From Octopus vulgaris (Eukaryota), in contig OX597832.1 in the NCBI GenBank assembly GCA_951406725.2, forward strand, positions 13,826,001 through 13,890,000: a stretch of 64,000 bases of DNA, read 5' to 3'. Positions within the stretch are counted from its first letter, which is position 1, and every line of letters begins with the position of its first letter. Both the position numbers and the translations under genes were made by a program. Of the stretch, positions 13,501-27,052 are shown in pieces. Below the pieces are notes generated by a model. It had not been told where the DNA came from and did no database searches. It worked only from the letters and a program-made list of their open reading frames with translations.

Positions 13501-13520
13501 CAATCTTTTGTGCCATGCAC
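10503..13520 (-). CDS. LINE ORF2: APE endonuclease plus reverse transcriptase (1005 aa)
   Basis: APE motifs LNIRGL, ALTETHL, YRPP, GDFN, LDL, SDH; RT motifs NYRPISL, QHGFR, YLDFAKAFDKV, GVPQGTVLGPLLF, YADD, DLG; CR1-type C-terminus LERRRER. The track start is GTG and the first ATG is at 13460. Confidence 0.93.
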   Translation of the reverse strand: MHGTKDCTAANLAPSGSGSQMELPTVHKTATADGPRVDNAGNSIHLTSMLLLNIRGLLTHSNRTKVPFLRDFVACNQALCIALTETHLKPDIADAELHIPQYVVLRTDRKERSHGGVAMYIRGDLTPQVLLSYSNSVCDTLIVHIRQLDVVVCATYRPPDAPSHMGKFEDCLLKIEEVLTTLEQHISVLLMGDFNLPNVRWPEGLSLPGMTRCERGQARSLLNLTNTLYMEQVVLQPTRAGNTLDLCFTNNMDLIHNVKVTPTLLSDHNMVELTMYGPKESTDMQPTRNPQNLSSLNFNKANWKQIEKEILKQNWPECLSSPDIDMILQQFMSVMQAICYKCVPERKATVHKNKIPRERKILMRRRTKISNRLNKQIESSEKSRLKIKLLEIENCLQLSHEKERADKEAWAIDNIKTNPRAFYRYAKETATVHCRIGPLLEKDGTLTGKPMRVSEILNEQFKSVFTPPLGHFQISNPTDFFTTADIESEAATISYIEIKEDDVIKAIDEMKIDSATGPDGFPAILLKVCKRVLARPLQSLFKSFLAAGKLPRGLKEGKICPIHKGGSRAEAKNYRPISLTSHISKVMERIVRRKLITFLEENDLLPDTQHGFRPGRSCLTQLLQHYDWVLKQLLNHSNVEVIYLDFAKAFDKVDHGMICHRLRDLGIVGKLGEWLHDFLKNRSQVVVANGATSINTQIMSGVPQGTVLGPLLFIMALSDMPSATQRSTITSYADDTKVSQAIQNPEDTKNLQCELDEIYKWAEKNSMQFNAGKFQALYYQHAKLNAIPNEYTGPGGIAIPEAQSVRDLGIHMSDDATFHVHVAKLTVKCRRLAGWILRTFRTREQETMMVLWKTLVLGHFDYCSQLWSPSSVKLITELEAIQRSYTKKIASMQNVSYWERLKRLKLYSLERRRERYAIIYIWKILEGSVLNFGIESYTNARTGRHCVVPRTPNLPSRCRTRFCDSLGFRGPQLFNILPKNLRDLHGVDTDVFKMKLDLFLSWCPR

Positions 13521-13864
13521 AAAAAAGATTCCTGCTCAGCAGCTGCCCTTTCAACAACACGTTGGTGGTTTGTGGTACGCACCACATCTGCGTACCTCCG
13601 TTTTAGGGCAGGTGATGCCTGGTCCATCCCATTTCCTTTCGGTGGTTGGTTTCTGTGGCAGGGTCCCGGATGTGCAAAGCGGCAGCCTGCACCTTCCTCT
13701 CCATGCCGGCAGGCACCTTTCAGGTAGAACCTACATACCCGTGTGCGCTGCTTGTTTCCATCCTTTTTGGCATATGGACCGTTAGGTTTGCCTCTGTCCC
13801 TGGCTGCCTTGTCCCTTGGCTTTGTCTGAGTTTTAGCTTCAGTTTTTCCTCTTTTTTGGCCTCT
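13364..13864 (-). CDS. LINE ORF1, C-terminal portion with CCCH zinc finger
   Basis: Open frame of 167 codons containing [22 protein letters not shown] (C-x7-C-x8-C-x3-H, 13735-13670); overlaps ORF2 in a different frame. Confidence 0.65.
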   Translation of the reverse strand, partial: RGQKRGKTEAKTQTKPRDKAARDRGKPNGPYAKKDGNKQRTRVCRFYLKGACRHGEEGAGCRFAHPGPCHRNQPPKGNGMDQASPALKRRYADVVRTTNHQRVVERAAAEQESFLCMAQKIVQQLTWLHQAQARRWNCPQFTRPPQQMDPGWTTPATAYTSPRCSY

Positions 13865-13890
13865 TCATCTCCATCTCCATGTCCACGGCA

Positions 13891-15545
<1,655 letters not shown>

Positions 15546-15579
15546 TGCATATATACATTGATATCTATATATATATGCA

Positions 15580-15972
15580 CTAGCAGTATCGCCCGGCGTT
15601 GCTCGGGTTGTAAGGGAAATAACTATATATGCATTTTTAGAGAATTATAGCCCAAAAATAGCAAAAAAATGCATTAAAAATTGAAAAAAAATTAAGGTAA
15701 TTTTTTTTTTAAATCGTTGACACATTGTAGATATTTTTAGAGAGTTACTTCCCGTATATAAAAGAGAAAAAAGGCATTAAAATGGAAAGATATGATGGTA
15801 ATTTTTTTAAAATCGTAGACTCATCGTAGACGCACGCTAATACCCAGAAGGGCTCGATATGAATCACGACTATAAGATACCCGCTTTTGGTTAAACTGCA
15901 CCGCAACATGTGGGAGTAGTTAGGAATCTAAATCGTAGGAGACAGACACACAACTTCACTCTTATATAAAGA
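15580..15972 (-). mobile_element. Non-autonomous Helitron (393 bp)
   Basis: Minus strand begins A|TCTTTATATAAG and ends with hairpin CCCGAGCAACGCCGGG then CTAG|T; inserted between A and T with no TSD. Confidence 0.8.
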
Positions 15973-16321
15973 TGCTTTTCTTTTCAGTCATAGAGTTAGA
16001 TTTATGAAGGTCTTCAGTAGAAAATCCTTCGAATTCTGACTCGCTGCTTGATATAATGAAATTCGTATCCATTTTTTGTCAGAATTACAAATTTTGAAAA
16101 CACAATAGGAACAAATTTCGGAAAAAAATCTCCCATAATTCACGGAATTAAAATTACACTTCGATTTTTGTACAAAACTGTAGTTGAAGTGTTTACGAAG
16201 TATAATACGTGTTTTCACGAATGTACTAAAGAGATTTGCTCTGATATTCTCATTTAAATATGAATAGGTAAATTCGGGCGGCTTGGTAACGAAAGGGTTA
16301 AACGGATGCATACATTTATTA

Positions 16322-17188
16322 ATCTCTTATTATAATAACTATATATAAGTGTCGTCTGTTTATACATAAACACTGTTTCATACTGCAATTATATATACAT
16401 ATATCTATATATAATATTATATAATAAAATATATACAGAGTAAAATAAAAACCAATTTACCTTTTCTGTCCGTCCGTGTGTCTTTGCAAATGTGTTGGAA
16501 TGATAAGTGAGTTGTGTTTTGGCGCCTTTTTTAATAACAAACACACACGTGTTTGTATGTAGTTGTATGTGTATGTAGTTGTATGTAGTTGTATATGTAT
16601 GTGTATGCGTGTGTGTGAGGAATGACACACACACACTCACGCACGCACACATGTACATCAATGCTTTCGGAGTGATATGTTAAAATATTGAGTTTTCTCG
16701 AATTTTGTCTTAATTGGTGGTAAAATTGAAAGACATTTTTTATGGCATCACCCACTGAAGTACTCTGAAAAATCATGGGTACACTCTAATTGAAGAAATT
16801 GTGTGAGGAGTAAATCGTTATGTATTTATTTGTTTCTGTTTGCTGTGTTTTTTTATTTTTTGAGCAGTGGTTTAAATACTTTCAGTTTAGTCTTCCTCAA
16901 ATCACACTGTCGCTATTTACTTTCATTTTATTCGTTGCACACTGTATGTGTGCGTTTGCGTGTGGTGTAAACCAGACTAAGAAAAGCATTTGACACACAC
17001 ACCAGAATGTGAGTTTTCTGGTAATTTTGCTTAATTGGAGTTTAAATTTTAAAAACTGGACCTGGCATGACCCGATGCATTCTACTCTTAAAAATGGTAG
17101 GTAAATTGTAATTGAAGAAATCCTATATTGTAGATTTCTATAACTCCCAAAGGGAGGCAGATAAAATCTGCCTTTTATAATAAGAGAT
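16322..17188. mobile_element. Non-coding element with 14-bp TIRs and subterminal hairpin (Helitron/Helentron-like MITE)
   Basis: ATCTCTTATTATAA...TTATAATAAGAGAT; hairpin AGGCAGAT-AAA-ATCTGCCT next to the right end; internal diverged direct repeat (about 16690-16800 vs 17010-17122). Confidence 0.55.
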
Positions 17189-17194
17189 GCATAT

Positions 17195-17202
17195 ATACAT
17201 TA

Positions 17203-17243
<41 letters not shown>

Positions 17244-17612
17244 TGCATATATATTCATGCATATATACATTGATATGTATATATATATACATGCATATAT
17301 ACATTAATATGTATATATAAATATATATATACACACACATATATATGCATAAATATATATTTACATATATGTATGTATATATATCTATGTATATATATGT
17401 ATATACATATATATGTATGTATATATATATATACACATATATATACCTAAATATATATATACATATATGTATGTATATATATATATGTATTATATATATA
17501 TGTATGTATATATATATGTATGTATATATATATATGTATGTATATATATGTATATATATGTATATGTATGTATATGTATATATATATATTACACATATAT
17601 ACATATATACAT
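17195..17612. repeat. Degenerate (TA)n/(TATG)n microsatellite
   Basis: Direct inspection. Confidence 0.85.
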
Positions 17613-18009
17613 AAAATGACCTTAGCATCCTCAGCATATGTTCACCATGGTAGAGACTCTCGGAGTATCTTTGGAAGACTGCGATGGATCTGATTCTTTC
17701 TGCGCCGAAATAATGGCAGCCACCAGTGTGAAAATAATGTCGATAGAGGAGCAATCAAGTCACGGGGAAAAGAATTCACGAAAAATTAATTCGTGAAGAT
17801 ATCATCAATTCTGGTAGTATCCAATATAACTATTTTAAAAACAAGATAATAACAGAATCAATGATATAGGCGATTGCAGGCCCCACCAAACAGCATTAAA
17901 CAGCTGAAGGATTAAAATTATTCAAAGACATGAGAGAACTGACAAATGATATCAAAGCATAGATGTGTTTATATGTATGTGTATATATACATATATATGT
18001 ATATGTGTT

Positions 18010-18063
<54 letters not shown>

Positions 18064-18075
18064 GGTATGTATATA

Positions 18076-19278
18076 TCAGGTCATCCCATAAGCTCTGACC
18101 GAATTTTTAATAAAGAATACAAATAAACTAATGTTATATTTAATTGAAATTGAAACATCAAAACACTTTCACTTATTGTCTATTGCATCCTTCCATCTAC
18201 TTACAAGCTTTGTAATTCCATCAATTTCAAACTCTTTTGGTTTCAAACCGATGAAATATTAGTTTCAACCTCCTCCTGGCTTGCGAAATTTATGTCCCTG
18301 AAATGATTTTGTGAACTACGAAATAAATGGTAGCCTCAGGGAACTAGTTCGGGAGAATAAGGTGGATGAGGAATTTTTCTCAACCACGCTCTTCGATCTT
18401 TTGGGATGTGATCTTTAGAGTGTGGGGTCGCGCATTGTCCTGATAAACCATCACTCCTTTTCGATTCACTAACGTGGGTATTTTTTACTTTAAAGATTGA
18501 TTGAAGCGCTCTAATTGCTGGCAGTAAACTTGAATATTGATGGTTGCATTAGGTAGTAGTAGTAACAATTCAAAGTGAATTACTTCTTTGCAATCCCACC
18601 AGATAGAGAGAAGCACTTCGCTAGATGTTCCATTTTTCATCACCAGACACAAGTGCATCAAAAAAGGGTGAAATGAGGTTGCGAGAACGGAGTGAAGAGT
18701 ACATGTCAGCTCAGGATTTGCGGTTGCTTTCGGATAATTCATGAGGCACCCATTTTCCAAGACTAGGAAACTTTCCAAATTGTTGAAGATGACGATGAAC
18801 AGTTGTATGGTTTGAACTAAGCTTTATTGTCAATTTTCAAGTGATAATGCAGGATTTTCTTCAGGTGATGCCTCAAGGAGCTTATCACCAAACACAACTG
18901 GACGTCCTGTTCGATCTTCATCTTTAAGGCTGAAATCTCTACTTCTAAATTTTGCAAACCATCTTCTGCCATTTCTTTCATTCAATCATTCGTTCCCATA
19001 AACTGAGTGTATGTTTCAAGTCACTTCAGCTGCAGAGTCCTTTTTTGTAATCACAAAGCATTATGTGTCTGAAAGGCTCTTTGGATACTTTCATGTTAGA
19101 AATGGTTTTCATCAAGGAAATTTTAATTCTATTATTCTGTAAAATACTCTTTACTTAGTTTAAACGTACAGAAATGCATAAAAATAATTTTTAATTCCAT
19201 TAGATATTCTAAAATTCTATTAAATTTCATTAAAATTTTAAAAAGGGGAAATCGGACAGAACTTATGGGATGGCCTGA
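18076..19278 (-). mobile_element. Full-length degenerate mariner transposon (about 1.2 kb)
   Basis: TIRs tcaggtcatcccataagctctgaccga and tcggacagaacttatgggatggcctga with TA flanks; minus-strand motifs WVPHELS, SIWWDCKEVIHFEL, DNARPH, HPPYSP. Confidence 0.88.
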
Positions 19279-20559
19279 TATATATGTATGTGTGTGTGTG
19301 TGTGTGTGTCTGTGTGTGTGTGTGTGTATGTGTGTGTGTATGTGTGTGTGTGTACATACACAAATATCTGTATGTATGACTGTTTGCATATCTAGACTAT
19401 ATGAATAGATGAAATATCAGTATTTAGGAAATATAGTTCTGTGACCAGATGCTTGCATACTTGGATAGTTGCACAAATAACAGTTAAAACATGCTCTCAA
19501 CAACAATTTCTTTGAAAACTATGTTGACACTGAAATAATTTGGAATTTAATCGCCACTTTCTAATCACTAACGATTGAAGCAGTATTATTCAACAGATGT
19601 ATTCGTTCTTCATTTGTCCATAAAACGCAATATCCAAAACGTTCGAAATAAATCTTGTAGACGTCCGTTTGTTTACATTATTCACGATAATATTGTTAAG
19701 GGGCTTCTGGTTAAAAACAATACAAAATACACAAAAAGAGCGGATATACGTTGGGCGCATCAGCTTACGTGAGAGGATTTGAACTGCCCTGAGCGTATTC
19801 AGTGCATACAACGAAATGTTAAGAGGTAAATAGATATAAGATATTTAACGACGTGTTTTGATGTTCTTGAAAGACAGCTTTCATTGAAGTCGATGAAACT
19901 AGTTATGTCATGATCATGTATCATCTATTGAATGGAATGGGATTCGTCTGTTATCTTAGAAGCGTAGTGTTGGTAATTTATCATACAGAGGATATCAAAA
20001 TGTAATTGAGATATACTAGTTATTCTAGAAATTTTCCAAAGCCTTGCTTCACTTTAAATGTGCAGTCCAGAACTGTAATTCAAAAGATCCAATAAAATTA
20101 GTTTTGAATGGAAGCGTCAAATCATTCATTTGATTTGGTGCAGACTCTAAGAAATTAATGAAATATCTCTGCTACAGATGTTATGTAGAGAATTTGAGAA
20201 TAACAATGATCCTTAAGACAAGGGCAAACTGAATCTCATTAGTTAACATGACGTTAGGCATATGTAGTCATACGTAGATTATTCGTTAAGAACCTTAGAG
20301 AGATTTTCCTAAAAGTTGCCTTACATTGGAAGTATTGGTTTTAGAAGAGAAAATCTGCCAAGGATCCTGATGCAATTACCGGCACAAAAGGATTGGAGCT
20401 AAAAGAGGGAGCATTAAAATAAGTGGAACAAATTTGTTGCAGTAGATATTTGGTGCTGGATGGGCAAATCTAGGAATACAAACAAACCTGATAATGATGA
20501 TGAGGATGATGATGATGAAACATAATACACAGCTTAACGAAAAAAAAAACAGCCTAACA

Positions 20560-21325
20560 CACTTCGGTAAAGAGACAGCCACACACTCTCCCCTCGGGCC
20601 AAACCCGCGTGATATCCTTGGTGTTATTGTTGACAACAAAATAAGATGTAGTGCCCACATAAAAAGCAAAGTCGACATGGCTCGCAGAGCATGTTCCTGG
20701 AACCTCAGGATTTCCGATCTAGAGACGCACCTATCATTATTCTATTTTTGTCTATCTTTGCTCGCCCTTAACTTGAATACTGTTGTCCACTGTGGTCCCG
20801 CACATGATATAGAATATTATGAAAATTAAAGCTCCCCAGAGATCAATAAAGAAAAAGAACACATGACACGCCTTGACTATTGGGATCGACTAAAAATCCT
20901 CAGGTTTTACACACTCGGACGCCTCATTGAGCGCTATATCATCTGTATGGTGTGCAAAATATTCCATAAAAATCGCCCAAATAGTATATGTATCAATTTA
21001 AAAATTCACCCGTGCCGTATCAAAATACTACGGCAGAACATCATCACCTCAGCTGGATCTGCTTTCTTCAACATTGTGCCAGCGCACATAAAGGAGGAAA
21101 CTGATATCACGGCATTCAAACGGTCTCTAGATTATTACCCCCAACACATACCACACAAACCATCCACACCCGGCCCTGATATGTCTCTGAAAACAATAAT
21201 TCTCTGCTCAAATTGGCTACGGTGTTCAAGAGCTGACTCTGTATCTCTTCCAGGAGATGCTATTAAATTAGACATGGCCTCGGCCAACATCGGCCCAAAC
21301 TTAGGATTTTATCAGGTCACCACGA
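20560..21325 (+). mobile_element. CR1-group LINE, 3' fragment (degenerate)
   Basis: RDILGVIVDNKI.CSAHI.SKV, LDYWDRLKILRFYTL.R..ERY and FKRSLDYY.QHIP.KP, homologous to the C-terminus of the ORF2 at 10503-11200. Confidence 0.8.
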
Positions 21326-22208
21326 AAGAAATATAGGTAAATTTTCCAAATATTATATTAATTATAAACACAATTATAAGAACGGTTTGGAAATAAACCT
21401 CTCCGCACACTGAAAAAGACATCACATGGTGTTAAATCCACCTTGAAAACTCTCAAAGCATATGTAGTCGAGTAAAAGAATGATAATAAATTAAACTCAT
21501 TTGAAGATCTCATTTGAAGCCAAGGTAAAAAGTATACCCACTACTATCATCAGTGTCGATATTAAGATCTATTAACGTGTAAGAATTAACATTTCCCAAG
21601 CCTAGATTCGAAACCGCATCTAAGAATTCTCGGTTTTCCAAACAACCACGATCAACAGGGCCGAAAAACTGTTTTCTTTGTCCTGTCAAAAAGTGATTGA
21701 TCATCTCCCTTTCATCTACGACCTCAGCCATAGCAGGCGATGTTCAAATGGACAGGAGCTGACCTATTTAGGTATAAACTCTGCTGCAGTATATCTGTCC
21801 TTTTAGCTGCCACGATTATTATAAACACGGTGATCAACAGACACACAAGGAGAAGAAAGTCCTAGCAGGCAAACGAGAAAGGTCTACGAAACGTCGAGCT
21901 TTGAATGACCGCAGAGAGCCGAGAGAAATGTTCTAAGTTGCACGGTAGACTACTGATCGCAGATGAACTACGCACACACACACACACACACACACAAACA
22001 TATTCATTTCTGACACATCACCTCCACAGCTGTACCCTGTTTCTATTTCTAGCAACTCGTATCAGTTGTCAACATTTTGCACGTAGTGAAGAATTATTTA
22101 AACATTTTTGTCTCTTTTTCGCCCCTTTCGTTTCTTTTTTCCTTTTCTTTTTTTTCTTTCATATAATTTAAAGTTGTAAATCTGATGTGTTAATTTTAAT
22201 GGTATATC

Positions 22209-22252
<44 letters not shown>

Positions 22253-23022
22253 AATGAGGGTGAAAAATTGATATTAATTTAATAATACCATTAATTTTAC
22301 ACCAAGTGACTTTGCACGTAAAACTAGGGAGATAATACAAATCTATACATAAATTATTAGAGAGTTACCACTATGTATAAATACATATATATATATATAT
22401 AGTGAGCTTCGTTGCCCTACGAGTCGGGAAGACAATCGGCAACAAATGGAAAAGAAATGAAAGAAAAATAATGAGTTATTTTCTAAATTGTATTTAATAA
22501 TCGAACATAAGAAAATATGAAATAAAACAAATGGAACTTAATGTTATATGTCTCAAGTAAAAGAAACTATCTTGAAGCAAAGGTTACAAATGGACTGAGG
22601 AAAATTATTTTCCTATTACATTGAAGTACAGCAAATTTAGATTTATAATATTATCTAACTTAATTGATGTTAGTCATGAACGCAATTTTGGTCCAAATAA
22701 CGTCTTTGATCATAAGTCTCTTCAAATGGAAGTGGCATGACACTAAAGAAGAACGTCATTCTGCTTCTGATTGTGAGTTGACTCGGGACTAAACTACAAT
22801 AACAACGTTCTATTGATCATATGTCTTCAGAGAGAGCTCTTACTTGAGATTAGAGAACATTGCCTGTGATCGTTAGTCCAGAAACAGGGCTGACTTATAC
22901 TAAAAAAACAACAACCTGTCATTGTTCAAAATACTTTCTTATACAGAGATGAAATGGAACAAAGCAAAAACATACAATGTTTTGAAAATTACGGCATGAT
23001 TTAATATTCTATAAAATAGATA

Positions 23023-23102
<80 letters not shown>

Positions 23103-23469
23103 TTGTTTTGTTTCATAATCCAGTCATTTGTTCAACATATGACGCAATATCCACCGATAGACATTGACGTGCTTAAGTATGTAGTATGGGAGAAATATGA
23201 TAAACGGTTTCCCTTCTACGTTGATCTATGACCTATGTTCAACTTATCTCTGAACATGATTATACAAACAGCTCTTTGAAATTTTCCGGCGTGTTTAGAC
23301 CATTATAATTCTCTAAACAACCTACATATCTAACTTTTCCCTCAAATAATAATTCACCACATACCATGCTTCTGAAAAAGGATAAATATTGTTTAATATC
23401 ATTACATATTGTTTTGTTAAAAGGCTTATAATGTTTTCTTTATTTATTAGCTCTATTCGAAAATTTACA

Positions 23470-24060
23470 TAAGAAAAACAGCCCAGTATTCAAAGTGGAA
23501 TCAATCGTGTTGCACTGTTTGAAGCCACGTTTCCGCCAGTTTATTGTTCCCACCTAATATTGGCCGGTGAGGCGTTGCAGGAAGTGAGTCATGGCTCGAA
23601 ACAACCAATATCGTGTGGGAGCTTGACATTGACTACTCACTGTGTGGTATCAGACCGATAATTTATGGTAGGTTATTCGAACGGTCTTGCGTTATCTTGC
23701 GGCAGAAGAGCTCCATTACTGTTAACCAATGTCGGGTCTTTTTCCACACATTGACATACGCGCGTGAGACACCGAGCTGCCCTGATACTCTCCGAGTGCT
23801 GCTCGCACGATTTGCCTCTGTGGCTCGGAGCTCTGCTTTCGAATCCGCACTTTGACGCCTACCTAACCGTGTGCGATCAACGAGCTCCTGCCAAACCGAG
23901 CATCCTTTCTCGAGCCATCCCATTACTCTAGTCCGATCAACAGCATCTTCACTTTTTGGTTGCTTTTCTGAGATGTTACAGCGTTTTTTTGAATTGTGGA
24001 AACTTATGTTCTCGAATTAGAATATGATGCATGTTTATCTGTGCAGCTTACAAATCCTAT
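23470..24060 (-). mobile_element. Highly degenerate mariner remnant
   Basis: Minus-strand QDNARPF, YWLFRAMTHFL, KLAETWLQTVQHD. Confidence 0.55.
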
Positions 24061-24125
24061 ATGGAGTGAAGCAATGTTTAACCTGTCAGCACGGACGGGT
24101 ACCGCCTAATTGAATACCTCCAGTT

Positions 24126-24324
24126 GCGAAATGCTCAGCAGTATTTCGTCTGTTGCTACGTTGTGAGTTCAAATTCTGCCGAGGTCGACTTTGCCTTTCA
24201 TCCTTTCAGGGTCGATAAATTAAGTACCAGTTACGCACTGGGGTCGATGTAATCGACTTAAACCGTTTCCCTCACCTTGTTTGTCCCTTCTGTGTTTAAC
24301 CCCTTGAGGGTAGTAAAGAAATAG
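24126..24324 (+). mobile_element. SINE family B (tRNA head plus Meta-like core)
   Basis: gagttcaaattc B-box; core gcctttcatcctttc.gggtcgataaattaagtacc shared by about 10 copies in the window. Confidence 0.85.
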
Positions 24325-24451
24325 GTATCATATCCTCATAAACATTCACTACACACGCTCACACACAGTCATACACACACATACACACGTGTACACACAA
24401 ACACTGAAACGGCCACACGCACACATATTTATAGGTAGATATATATATGAA

Positions 24452-24488
<37 letters not shown>

Positions 24489-24604
24489 TGTGTGTGTGTA
24501 AATATATATGTGAGTGTTTATGTGCGTGCATGTGTACGTGTTTCTGTGTGTGTGAGCGTCTGTGTATGTGTGTGTCCACGTGCGTTTAAACATACATATG
24601 TATT

Positions 24605-25281
24605 TATGAAGTAAAGTCAAAAGCATTTTCTCTGATTTTTCAATGTTGATTTTCCAAATATTGTATCATCCTATCACCGAGTAGCATGAGTAATTTGATA
24701 CAATATGTAGGTAAATTGTTTCTATGTTTAACTTCATCTAATAATACATTGACATTAATTGTTTAATATTTATTTTACAACCTTGATAATGAGCGGCGAA
24801 AACATGGCTTTTAGGTTCAATTTATATTCCCTCTGCAGAAAAGGTTTGACTGCAAAAGTAGCGGCAAAAGAAATTAATGCTGTGGAAGGCTCAGGGGACT
24901 CTCAACAAACCTGTCGCACACAATTAGATTAGGCTTTTCATGGAAGACAAAGCAATTAAGCAAACCTTCGCCTGTGGAGAGCAGAAGAATGTGGAAGACC
25001 GTACCCTCACGCAAAGACAGCTGCCAACGTAAGTAAGTGCAAATTTGACAAACTTGAGGGGACTGAAGTGATGCTTCTCTCTCCCAATTGTGAAAGCTTT
25101 ACAGCATCGAATTACCACCTCTAACGAGCATGTTCCATTTCGTGACCGGATGGGGATTAAAAAACACGGATGATTTCGGAAACAGGTTATGGAGCTCCTT
25201 TCTTAGAAATCAGGTAAATGGTATGAGCAGGAGATTGAGCCCCTGGCATAACGGTGGCAAGACACAATAGAATATGAAGGG

Positions 25282-25285
<4 letters not shown>
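24605..25285 (+). mobile_element. Internally deleted mariner remnant
   Basis: RKGLTAKVAAKEINAVEG N-terminal remnant and WYEQEIEPLA*RWQDTIEYEG C-terminal remnant. Confidence 0.55.
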
Positions 25286-25318
<33 letters not shown>

Positions 25319-25471
25319 GGATGACTACTACTGGACATCTATTATGCTAGAAGTAGATCCGTTATGGCCTTACCACTAAGAAGGAAATGTTCTCAAGAAA
25401 AAATTAGCAATATGCTAGACCACTGGTTTTAAATTGACATTAATCAGATTAATATTCCATGTTTCTCCTTT

Positions 25472-25554
<83 letters not shown>

Positions 25555-25779
25555 CGTTTACCCATGGGCTCTTAAGGAGCGTCCTCGTTCGAATTGCTTT
25601 GCTGCGCCTCTGTTTTGTTTTGTTCTGACAACGTAATTCCTGGTTTTTCCTGAAGAGAAAGCTGCAATATGGTATCCTTATTTAATCAGAATTTGGAAAA
25701 TTGTGGCGTTTGAAACATGTGTAGAATGTAATAAAAGGAATTCTGTACAATCTTCGTTCAACTCCATTTCTTCCATTCA

Positions 25780-25828
<49 letters not shown>

Positions 25829-26505
25829 TTCGTTGCTCTAATGCAAAAGTGTCGTAAGTCCAGACCATTGCTATTTCAGACAACGAAAAAATAATTTCAC
25901 CATTCCATTTCTTCTTACATTAGCAATAATACTTTATTAGGTGCCTAAAATTGTAACGCCATACATGTATGATATTTCCAGTGAAATCTTCTGCTGGTTT
26001 GTACGAACATATGTAACAAGAGAACAAATTAGTGGATATGGCGTGAGATCATCAATCTCCGTTTTGTATTAGTAGTAAAAAAGAAGAGGCCGATGTTTCT
26101 ATAATTTATACTGTACTGCATACAGTGCATTGTTCCGATGTATGGTGTAGGTGGTTAAATCTTTGTTTAGTCCGCCTACTTTAAATTAATTCATATGCAA
26201 GCGGAAGCCAAAGATTAGAGAAATATTTGTTACTTGGTGTGTAACATTTCGAGTGTAATTGTATACCTATCAAACGATTACTACTCACACTGGAAGTAAA
26301 ACTTCTGTGGCTTCATTGCAGTATGTAAAAGAAAATAATGTATTTCTGTTTCAAATACCTGCAGGCATGATCCTTGACGAGCGCAGACATAGATATACTT
26401 TATATCTGATATGCCCTCGGCCATATATCTACCAATCTATCTACTTAGCTGTAGGTGCATATGCATGAATATGTGTAAGTATGTTATATATTTACGCATG
26501 CATAC

Positions 26506-26554
<49 letters not shown>

Positions 26555-26642
26555 GAAGTGAGGTACTCAGAAAATCGGATGGTTTATATTTACAGATATT
26601 TATTTGTATATTATATTTTTTAAATATCATATAACTTAGATC

Positions 26643-26686
26643 ATGTATTAGCGCTTTCTCCCATTCTAGTGGGGTTTTCAAATCAA
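26643..26686 (-). ncRNA. Hammerhead ribozyme motif (U3-A8), partly degenerate, in a Penelope-like tail fragment
   Basis: Minus strand tgat-TTGAAAA-CCCCA-ctagaa-TGGGA-GAA-AGCGCT-A-ataca; stem I is weak. Confidence 0.45.
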
Positions 26687-26767
26687 ACTATATATATATA
26701 TATATAAAACATATATATATATATATGTAATATATATCTAATATATATATATATATATTTTTTTTTT

Positions 26768-26978
26768 TGTACTTGTTTCAGTCATTTGACTGCGGCCATG
26801 CTGGGGCACCGCCTGTTAGAGTGGTGAAAGAGTCCAGCAGGGATCACCACCATCCCCTGCCGGAGCCTCGTGGAGCTTTTAGGTGTTTTCGCTCAATAAA
26901 CACACACAACGCCCGGTCTGGGAATCGAAACCGCGATCCTCCGACCGCAAGTCCGCTGCCCTAACCACTGGGCCATTG

Positions 26979-26984
<6 letters not shown>
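26768..26984 (-). mobile_element. tRNA-derived SINE family C, short form with CR1-type tail
   Basis: Head gaggcgcaatggcccagtggttagggcagcggac...ggtttcgattcc; tail ggcggtgccccagcatggccgcagtcaaatgactgaaac. Confidence 0.85.

Positions 26985-27052
<68 letters not shown>

Larger units (their letters stand above)
10321..13890 (-). mobile_element. CR1-group non-LTR retrotransposon (young copy, probably 5'-truncated)
   Basis: ORF1 remnant, uninterrupted ORF2, about 150-nt 3' UTR and (ATCA)n tail at 10321-10349; embedded in (TA)n on both sides. Confidence 0.93.

Noticed and set aside
19560-19920. Possible Penelope GIY-YIG C-terminus (RGFELP*AY)
   Set aside because: Only one short motif; too decayed to support.
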